From NCBI GenBank assembly GCA_049999805.1, contig JBNGIO010006161.1, forward strand, positions 124,001-168,527: a stretch of DNA of 44,527 nucleotides. The letters run 5' to 3'. This document shows positions 35,415 through 44,527 of this stretch, piece after piece. This stretch comes from Folioceros fuciformis (taxonomy: Eukaryota). The notes under the pieces are model-generated. The model was given only the letters and a program-made list of their open reading frames with translations. It made no database searches and had not been told where the DNA came from. The position numbers and the translations under genes were made by a program. Positions within the stretch are counted from its first letter, which is position 1. Every line of letters starts with the position of its first letter.

Positions 35415-37504
35415 CTGTGTTCAGTAAATGCAAGCCAAGTGCATCATGCGTTCATTCATCTTGAAATAAGCTCTAATAAATACTCAAGGCACATGAGGCA
35501 AATCCTCCTTGTTTACATTGTCCACCTTGTTTTCATCCATTTCATTGTTGTCCCAAGTTACATCCAATGCATACTCTTGTTTAGCTGTTGCTGCATATAT
35601 AGTTACTCGTCCCTCGTCTTCCAAGTGTTGTCCAAAAATCATGATTTTGTCTACAAGGGAAATGCAAACACACAAGAAACATCTTCACACGGCAAGAAAA
35701 TGATTTTTTTCACTCACAAACATGCCATAACCATTAGCTAATATTACCGGAGGTAATAGGAGTACACATTTGAGGGCGAGACAATTCTTGTTCATGAAAA
35801 GCTCAAATCGATTCTCACATAAGAACTCATCAAATTCAATTATTATTTCGTTTGGTTGGTCTCCCTTTGTCTCTTTAACATGCTAAAGGAGATTGAAGGT
35901 ATGTGGCAAACAATTTCATACCTTGGTTGAAAATCCCTCAATACCCTAGTTGAATTTTGCAACTCTTTGACAACCCTATAACTATATGGAATCCAATGTT
36001 TGGAGCAACCCACCAAGAGCTTGAAATAATTTTCCTTTCTCAAAGAATATTGTGGTTTGCATAGCATACACATTGCATCCCAAAACCATGATTACTTTTT
36101 GCATGTTAGGCCAAAAATGATATGTAAAGTCGCTACAAAATCTTGAATGCCTCCATAATCTAATTCAAAAGACATAAGAAGATATAGTCTATATCTTCTC
36201 TACCTCATTTCTCTCTTAGAGAGAAATGAGGTTGAGAAAGAGGTGAGTTACCACATTCCCTATGTTGTATGCAGTTGTGCACTCCACCCAATTCGACTCG
36301 GATACAAAAGAAAAAATCTATAGCTTTTCATGATAAAGTGAATATGTTGAAAACAATATTTTTTTGAAAAGTTTACTATCATTTGTTATTTGTCATGGTT
36401 CATATATTGATATGCATACGATGTGAAATTATGGCAGCCCTAAACCTTTAATATGGCATATGACTACTTCAATATAAGTACAAAGTAATTGTTAGCAAAC
36501 ACCTACACAAGTAGCTTCTTCAACAACACCGATGGTAGGTAGATCCTTTGTTATTTGCATCATCATATTTTGAAAGCAATAGATAGTTTTGAGAATGATA
36601 TTCCAAGGAGCTAGTACTCTTTTGGCCCTAAGTTGTACTTAGGTTATTCTCCTCAACCTTTGGAATTGATACAAATTTTCATCATTTTTTCAATAATATA
36701 ATATAAAATACTTTGAGAAAAAATTCAATGGTACGACTCGATTTACACCAAGAGTCCACTAAGATATATTTCCAAGGTGGGACTTTGTACTTAATAACTG
36801 ATACCATAAAGGAGACTTTGTATCATAATGTGTCTAGCTATTTCCTCACAACCTGGAGTGTATAAGAGCATACACATAATTGATCCACTTTGTGTGAATA
36901 TTTTTATACTGATAATTATGTTCTATATTTTATCTTTGTCACTAGCATTTAAGGGATGTGGAAAGGCAAGCACGGAATTGTAGTTTGAACTAGTTGCGAG
37001 AGATGGAATTGGAGACAATCTCTCATAGATCTAAGGTTCATGTTGGCAGTGCATACAAAGTAAAACGTCATTCTTGACAACTGTGCTTCGAACAGGAGGA
37101 CTAAGTGTGTGTGGATTGGACATTAGAGGATCCAACCTCCTTCTCCTCATAGGCTGCTTGCAAGGCTAGCCGTAAAAATTAGGTGGCCAAGTCTGGGCCC
37201 CACAGATCCACTCGTGAAGTCGTGCCATGCTTCATGTATGACATCTCATGGCTTGTGCATAGGGATACGGTCAGCATTGGTGAGCATCGGCTAGCCGTAA
37301 AAATCAGGTGGCCAGGTCTAAGCCCCTGTGGCAAGTGGGTGTGGTACTCCTACCAGGCACCCGCTCACATGTATCGTGGCCACATCAATCCCACGGTCGT
37401 TGTAGGCTTCCCTGGAATCTATCCCCTCTGAGCCTAGTCAGCTACGACTATCGTTCCCCTACAATAGTCAACTCTCCCAACCACGTACCTACCAATCATG
37501 CCAC

Positions 37505-39140
37505 ACATCCCGTCAGTAGGTAAGCACCATTCCTTCACTTAGAAGGGCCCCAGTACCTCCCCTACCGATTTCTACCTTCCAATCACATTCCTACCAATCC
37601 TACTATAGGGTTATTAAAGCCTAATGTGCTTAGACTAATGTGATTAGTTTAATTAAACTAATGTAATTAATCTAGATTAGTGTCTAATTAAGTATCATTA
37701 GTTTAGATTAGCTTAAGCTAATCTTTAGGAAACTTCCTGCATAGCTTCCTATGAGCTTCTTGTGAAGCTTCCTTGGGAGCTTTTCTAGAGGGTATAAATA
37801 CCCTCTTGAGCTCCCTTTGCAATAGAGCTGTGAGAGGCACTGTGAGACCTCTCTTTCTCCCCTCCTCCTCTCTTCTTCTCTCCTCTCCTCCACCATGCTC
37901 CTCTTTTGATTCTTTCATCTACAACACGTCCTGTCAGTAGGTAGGCACCTTCCTTCACTTGGAAGGGCCCTAGTACCTTCCCTACTGATTTCTACCTCCC
38001 TACACTCAATACCTTTTCCTCACAAGTCTCCTCACAACACCTTCCACAACGATCCAGCTGCTTGTCTCCCTACGTCCAACGACCAACAAGGTTTTTCCAG
38101 GGCCGACTGTTGCGTGCTTGTGCTTGTTAGCGAGAACTTCTAGGAAGTCTTTCCTTGGAGTCTACCCTCAAGCCAATAGCCACACAGGTTTTGCCACACA
38201 CCTATAGTAGCACAACAACCATTCACAAGGGAAGCAACTTGTAGGGATGCCCATGGAAGAATATGAGCCCTCTGCCAAGCACTTCGACCACTGCAACTCT
38301 AGCCACAACGGGGTGCAGTAATGGCATACAGCCGGCAATGAGATTCCTACGCTCTGCTTGGCATGAGAACTCGCCGTGAGAAGTGTGCAGATGTGGTGGT
38401 TCATTTCTTTGTGTAGCCCCTCCTTATAGGAGAGATCGACACATGAACCCTCTCCTACATGTAGGTGGTGGGCTACCCTTCTCTCACACTAGGCGCCACC
38501 AACTTTAATTGCGCACACCTACCAAAAGGCTAAGTCCTACCAATAATTGCTAAGGCAGTGTGCGCCGATGAAGATTATGACTATCGGTGCCGCCATAGAA
38601 GATTCGTTGACCCCCTTTTCAAAAAGGTGTGGCTAGGATGGCTCCTGAAGGGAGAGAGAGTTTGAAGGTTGGGCCACTAGGCCCCCCTCCATTATGGGGA
38701 TTCGTCTTCTTGTGGATCCACGAGCTTCCACCGTACCTTCCTCTGTGTGGATCCCTTGGGTTATCCCTTCACCACCACCTATAGGTCTGGTAGGGGAGGG
38801 ATCCCCTTATTCCTCAACTTGAGGCTCCTTCCCTACGTAAGGTGAGAATGTTCCCTCCGTAGGTAGGGTCCCTATTGATCCCTTCGTAGGTAGGTTCCCT
38901 ACCATTCTTCTCGTAGGTAGGTTCTTTACCNNNNNNNNNNAGGTAGGTTCTTTACCCCTCCTCTCGTAGGTAGGTTCCCTACCATTCCCTACCATTCCCA
39001 CCCATTGTAGTAGGTAGACAGCCTACCCCATTGCCATAGGTGGGGTGTCTACTGTATAAGTACCTTCCCTATCTACGTACGTATCTTCCATTTTCCCCAT
39101 GTAGGTACTCTCTCTAAGTATGTAGGTAGACATTCTACTA
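37505..39140. repeat. LTR/leader-like repetitive region: ~75-bp direct repeats, TATA box, CT-rich tract, GTAGGTAGG/CCTACC tandem array
   Basis: Direct repeats at ~37505-37578 and ~37925-37998. TATAAATA at 37793-37800 is followed by a CT-rich tract ending TACAACA (~37926). cgtaggtaggttccctacc-like units at 38857-39020 surround a 10-N gap. Confidence 0.55.
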
Positions 39141-39245
39141 TGTAAGTATCTTCTTATTCTAACTTATCAGAATAGAACTAAATTACATTACATTCCGACT
39201 GTTTTCTAACTAGCCTTTTAGTCGATTTGCATCGTTTTTTGAATC

Positions 39246-41802
39246 ATGACATCCTTCGAAAATGTCATGTTCAATATCGAAAAGATATGGTACTAACTTC
39301 CCGTTCTGGAAAGAACAAGTGTACAATGTTCTAGTGTAGAAGAAGCCAATCAAGCCGATAAAGTTGCTAGGAGTGAAACTTGTTAGCATGACTCAGGATG
39401 AGTGGCAGGATCTAGACGAGCTTGCTAGGTCTACCATCATCCTAACATTGTCGAAGTCGATCTACTTCAACGTGAAAGACAAGCCCACAAGCTACGAGCT
39501 ATGGCAGAAGTTGTGTGACCTGTACGAGAAGCAAAGTGCAGCTTCTCAGGTGTACTGGTTGAAACAACTGGTGGACTCGAAGATGAAGGAAGGGACGAGG
39601 ATGTCCGATCATCTGAACGAGTTCAATACCATTTTCAGCCAGCTCTCATCTCAAGGTATCTCGTTTCCAGATTCCGTGAGAGCTATGTTTTTGTTGGTCA
39701 CATTACCAGAGAGCTGGGACACCTTTTGTACAGCTCTGAGTAATTTGGCTCCCGCCAGTGGTCTTACCATTGTAAATGTAGAAGATAGTCTGTTAACAAA
39801 GGAGGTGAACAGGAAGAATATGGAACCTTCGAAAGGTTCCAATGCCCTCATGGTGAGAGGAAGGTCCATTTCAAAGGGGAAGTACAAGGAGTGAAGTTCT
39901 TTCCATAGTAAATCTCATAGTCGTAACAATGTTGAGTATTACCATTGTCACAAGAAGGGTCACATCAGGAAGGACTACGAGAAGTTCAAGAAGGACAAAG
40001 GAAAGGAGAAGAAGCAAATCGACACCAAGGCAAGTCCGAGTACCAAGCCTAACGAGGTGAATTTTGTTGACGATGGAGATGTTCTTATCTCTTCTTGCTT
40101 CGATTTTGCACAATTGACAGTCGTGGATAGTCATTTGTTCTCTAATTGGATAATTGACTCTGGAGCATCTTTCCATGTTACTCCGCATAGGGAGTGGTTT
40201 AGCACTTATGATGCTACTAGGAAAGGATGTGTTCAGCTTGGAAATAACTACACGTGCGAGATTGCAGGCGTTGGTGATGTGGAGCTGAAGTTCCACAATG
40301 GATCTTCATTCACATTGAAGGATGTTAGGCATGTTCCAAAGTTGACAAAAAGCATGATTAGCGCAGGGCAGTTGGATGACGCTGGCTACCACTGTTGGTT
40401 TGGAGATAATTCTTGGAAGGTCTCCAAAGGTTCTCTTGTGTTAGCTCGTGGATCGAAGTGTGGTACTTTGTACTCACTTTAGGTAACCACTGTCAAGGAT
40501 CATGTGATTTGTGTAATGGAGCAGCTAAGCGTTTCCGTGTGGCATAGTCGGTTAGGACATATGTCTCAAAAAGGAATGAAGATCTTATCTCGTTTTGGTT
40601 ACATCCCTGCTTTTGACTTCTCCGATTTCTCCGTGTGTGAGCATTGTTTGTATGGGAAACAGATGAAGTCACCACATGGAGCAAGAGGTAAACACAAAAG
40701 TAAACCTTTTGAGTTGGTTCACAATGACGTGTATGGACCTATGCCCACTGTATCGTTAGGCGGTGCATCTTATTTTGTCAATTTCATTGATGACTTCTCA
40801 CGCAAGGTGTGGGTTTATCCTTTGAGGAAAAAGGATGATGTTCTGACAGTGTTTCAGAAATTCGTCACCCTTGTGGAGACTCAATCTGGCCTCCGACTGA
40901 AGTGTCTAAGGACAGACAATGGGGGAGAGTATGTCTCGAAGGCTTTCCAGTCATTTTATGATTCCAAGGGAATCAAGAGAGAATTGGCTGCGCCGTATAC
41001 TCCTCCTCAAAATGGTGTGGCTGAACGGATGAACAAGACCATCCAGGAGAGGATGCGTAGTTTATTGTCAAACTCTGGATTGCCTAATGGATTTTGGGCC
41101 GAAGCAATGGCTATTACGGTGCATCTTATTAACAGATCTCCTCACAGGGCTGTGGATGAGCAGGTTCTTGAGGAGATGTGGTCTGGAAAGAAGCCGTCAT
41201 ACAAGCATCTACGAGTGTTTGGCTAAGAGGTATACTACCATGTTCCTAAGGAGTTTCGGGACAAGTTGGCACCCAAGTCCAAGAAATGTATTTTTCTTGG
41301 CTATGGTGAATCTGGTGAGATGGGATACCGTCTGTGGGATCGAGAGGCCAAGAGGATGGTTCGTAGTAATGACGTGTTCTTCAATGAGACCAAGATGCAC
41401 AAGAAGCCTACTGCAGATGTGGAGGTGCGACGAGTGGTCTTCGAAGAAGATGGACTTGACCGTCCTGCGCAGGTTGAACGTCGTGATGTGTAGGAACAAG
41501 TTCCTCCACTTGTACAAGAGGAGAGAGTGCAACCAGCTCCGGTCGAGGCGCCATTGCTTCATAGGTCAGGAAGGATCTCACGTCCTCTTGACAGGTATGT
41601 TGCATCTCTTGATTATGTCATGCTGACGGATTGTGGGGAGCCCTCTTGTTACCAAGAGACCATGTCAGTGACTGACAAGGACAAGTGGGAGAAAGCGATG
41701 CAGTCGCAGATGGATTCACTCCACAAGAACCAAACTTGGGAGTTGGTTCGGTTGCCTAAGGGCATGAAGGCGTTGCCATGCAAATGTGTGTATAAGATGA
41801 AG
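39246..41802 (+). mobile_element. Ty1/copia LTR retrotransposon gag-pol (Tnt1-like), degenerate and 3'-truncated early in RT
   Basis: gag: FNIEK..NFPFWK, LWQKLCDLY, KMKEGTRMSDHLNEF, LLVTLPESW. Degenerate zinc knuckle YYHCHKKGHIRKDY. Protease WIIDSGASFH. Integrase WHSRLGH..CEHC, VHNDVYGP, FIDDFSR, LRTDNGGEY, YTPPQNGVAERMN. RT start WEKAMQSQMDSLHKNQTWELV..PCKCVYKMK, then abrupt loss. Several stops and frameshifts. Confidence 0.95.
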
Positions 41803-41851
41803 GACATACCCATTATGGCAAACCTATAACAGTCGCATGGACTGTTATAGC

Positions 41852-41944
41852 TCTTCTTCCTGCGTTTCCAATGAATTAGAGTGATGTTGAGAATAGAGGA
41901 TCTTCTTCCTGCGTTTCCAATGAATTAGAGTGATGTTGAGAATA
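41852..41944. repeat. 49-bp tandem duplication near the copia truncation
   Basis: tcttcttcctgcgtttccaatgaattagagtgatgttgagaata starts at 41852 and again at 41901. Confidence 0.85.
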
Positions 41945-42197
41945 TAGATCCTCTAGATCATATGGTACGGTACACTGTTTAGAACCCAAGACTCATAAAA
42001 CATTTAAAATATTTTTTAAAAAAGGTATATTAAAAACATTTTTTTTCTTTTTATATAGATATATTTATATTGAATCTTTGGGAAACATGATTTCCCATTA
42101 GCATGTAGCCCATTCAAGGAATAAGCCCGGGGCGTTCCACTCTAATTCGCTCCAGATCTACATTGCCAGCCCGTTTTTCACGGCGATAACCCAAGGC

Positions 42198-42260
42198 TTG
42201 CCGGTGCCGCTTTATTTCACCGGTTGCCGGTGCCGCTTTATTTCACCGGTTGCCGGTGCC
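42198..42260. repeat. 26-bp subterminal tandem repeat just inside the right TIR
   Basis: ttgccggtgccgctttatttcaccgg x2, followed by ttgccggtgcc. Confidence 0.85.
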
Positions 42261-42528
42261 CGGGATGTTTTACATCAATCATGGCACTGCTCCAAGACTA
42301 GATCGGTGGGGCCCAGACCTGGCCACCTGATTTTTACGGCTAGCCTGCAGCACCAAGTCAGCAGTGTTTTCGTCAGGCTGATTCGGACAGGTGCGTCCAG
42401 GGAGGGTGGCTCCTTCTGCATCTCCGCATGGACTGGAAGACGAAGTCAAGATGAGGCTTGAGGACACCACAAGGCTGGGGATGGTGTTTCATTTTACACT
42501 GACCATGGTCTTCTCTGGGTTCCAGACG

Positions 42529-44527
42529 ATGAAATCGATATCCTGCACTGGAATCGGGAGGCCTGGGCCTAGCGTGTTCCGCCTGCTATGGGTTGGCGTT
42601 GTGGTGATGGTGCTCGTGCAGAGCCTACGCCGGATTATTATTGCGCATGCCCAGGACAACACAAGTGAGTTCGTACTCCAACTGCTGCCTGGAACATTGT
42701 CTCCAAATCACATGGTAGTCAGCAGCTTGATGCTGGAATGCGCATGATTGTGTGCAGGTTTCATCAACATCGACTGTGGGGCGCCCGCATCGGGGTCCGT
42801 CAATCCCAAAACTGATCTCAGATTCGAGAGCGACGCCAACCTCATCTCCACGGGCGTAACCGCGAACACCAAAGAACGTGCCGCTCTGGATGATCTCGCC
42901 ACGCTCCGCTACTTCCCTGCGGCATCATCGCCCACAAAAAACTGCTACGACATCCCCGCCATTCCCAACACGCAGTACCTGGTGCGGGCCTGGTTCTACT
43001 TCGGGGGATNNNNNNNNNNNNNNNNNNNNNNNNNNNNNNNNNNNNNNNNNNNNNNNNNNNNNNNNNNNNNNNNNNNNNNNNNNNNNNNNNNNNNNNNNNN
43101 NNNNNNNNNGTACCTGGTGCGGGCCTGGTTCTACTTCGGGGGATACACTATGGTGCCCGCAACCGGTATCAACTTCCAGGTAGTTATTTCCACTTCTGCG
43201 CGTTTCCCTCAACTTCGGCTTTGGATTCCGCTGCATTGCTAGTAATTTTGACAGACAGGGAACCATATGCATGCACGTGGTACGATGGTGGCAGCTTGCT
43301 GTTCAGGAGACGTTCTGGACGAATATCACCATTGACATCACTGACCATGCTCCCTTCACGTACTACGAAGTCCTGGTCATGAACAAAGCCAACATCAGTG
43401 TCTGCTTGATCCGGACAGACAGCAGCGACCCCTTCATCAACACCCTGGAGCTCAGGCCCATCAATAACACCGCGTACATCGGTAGATTGGAGGACAAGAG
43501 CACAATCATGCCTCTGCTGAAGCGCGAAAATTTTGGTGAGACGCAGACCACGTACAGGTTGGCTATGATTCTTATCTGCCTATCTCTTTATCCACGAATT
43601 CGATACCAGTAATGTGCACCTCAATTCATGGGCCCTGGCATGATATGGAGCCCGTCTTTGCATGATGTAGATATCCTGACGATCCCTTTGATCGAATATG
43701 GCCGCCCTTCACGGGGAGTGCTGAAGACGATTCCACATCCAGCATTTTTGCAGATGGGTATCCAAACTCTCCTATCCCGGTGCAGTACAATGGGGTTTAT
43801 GTACAAGACAGCCCTCCCCCCATTGTTATGCAGTCAGCTATCACGAATCGCTAGTCTCTCTACTACTCCGTCACTGTGGAGACCTACAACAAGCCCTCTC
43901 TTCAATTGCAACTTTATGCCAACGTTTTCTTTGCCAACCTCTACAATAGCAGCTGTAGTGTAGATGTCAGGTGACTTCAAATCGATGCTTTGTTTGGTTC
44001 GTCACCTCTCGGGACGAACCTCTCTGGTGCTTTGTTTGGTTCGTCACCAAATGTTGCTGAAGGCTCATGTCTGGTGGGAGGTTTTGCAGCGAGAACATCG
44101 CGTCGAATTTCCTATTTGACCCAAATTTCAATGATGGCGGGCTTCTCGAGCTCCCAGCTTCTCCTCCTGTCGTTGTGTACGAGTTTGGAGAGCCCAATTA
44201 CACGCTTTCTTTGACTGAGCCCCTTCCAGCAGTATTATTCTTTGAGTGGCACATTCAAGGTTATTCCACGAGATTTCCTCCGTTCATGAACGCAATCGAG
44301 ATTTATCAGATCCTCCCACTGGGATCACCTACAAACGCGAATGATGGTGAGTCCCCGAACGAAGGTCCTCGGTTTGCTCGTTCGCATGGCTTGGTCTGCT
44401 AATTATGCGGGCGTTTCATTGCAGTCACTGCGCTGGCTAAGTTAAAGCAAGCCTTGAACTACAGTCGGTGGACGGGGGATCCGTGTAATCCTGTGCCTTG
44501 GGACGAAGTCCACTGTGCCCAAAATGC
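42529..44527 (+). CDS. Malectin-like-domain LRR receptor kinase (LRR-I type), 5' part only; carries an in-frame stop, possibly a pseudogene
   Basis: A signal-peptide-like exon (LLWVGVVVMVLV..AHAQ) is followed by FINIDCG, TLRYFP..KNCYDIP..YLVRAWF, PFINTLELRP, RYPDDPFDRIW, PPPIVMQSA, PPFMNAIEIYQ and the LRR cap WTGDPCNPVPWDEVHC. GT-AG introns separate the exons. TAG at 43852-43854 is in frame. The start codon is uncertain (42451/42481/42505/42529), and the LRRs and kinase lie beyond the window, so they are inferred. Confidence 0.82.

Larger units (their letters stand above)
37163..42346. mobile_element. Putative non-autonomous TIR DNA transposon (~5.2 kb, 3-bp TSD GCA, possibly PIF/Harbinger-like) with nested retroelement DNA
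   Basis: 37163-37208 (aggctagccgtaaaaattaggtggccaagtctgggccccacagatc) matches the reverse complement of 42301-42346 at 43/46 nt. Weaker similarity continues to ~85 bp. GCA flanks both sides (37160-37162 and 42347-42349). An extra internal TIR copy lies at 37289-37319. No transposase was seen. Confidence 0.7.

Noticed and set aside
42975-43144. Apparent duplication of YLVRAWFYFG in the malectin domain
   Set aside because: Identical 35-nt sequences flank a 100-N gap, which indicates a scaffold overlap artefact rather than a real repeat.

Overview
Gene-dense plant nuclear DNA with short (~100-nt) spliceosomal introns. It is most likely from a hornwort or another seed-free plant. This is an inference from a DYW:KP-type PPR editing factor and extra-long L-type PPR motifs. 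Intact genes, in order: a compact stand-alone MYCBP2/Highwire-type RING-Cys-Relay (RCR) E3 ligase (-), NOC2 (-), a TORNADO1-like LRR-Roc-COR protein (+), a monoacylglycerol lipase/CSE-like hydrolase (+), a PLS-class PPR-E+ protein (-) and LPA1 (-). The right half is largely decayed. It holds two PLS-PPR pseudogenes (one with a DYW:KP domain), an intronless Josephin pseudogene, diverged repeats and a ~5.2-kb TIR-bounded element containing a truncated Ty1/copia retrotransposon. The window ends in the 5' part of a malectin-like LRR receptor kinase that carries an in-frame stop. The most notable finding is the plant RCR ligase: both relay cysteines and the His/Glu pair are conserved, while the substrate pocket is remodelled. 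All homology calls are from recalled motifs and manual translation; no database searches were run.
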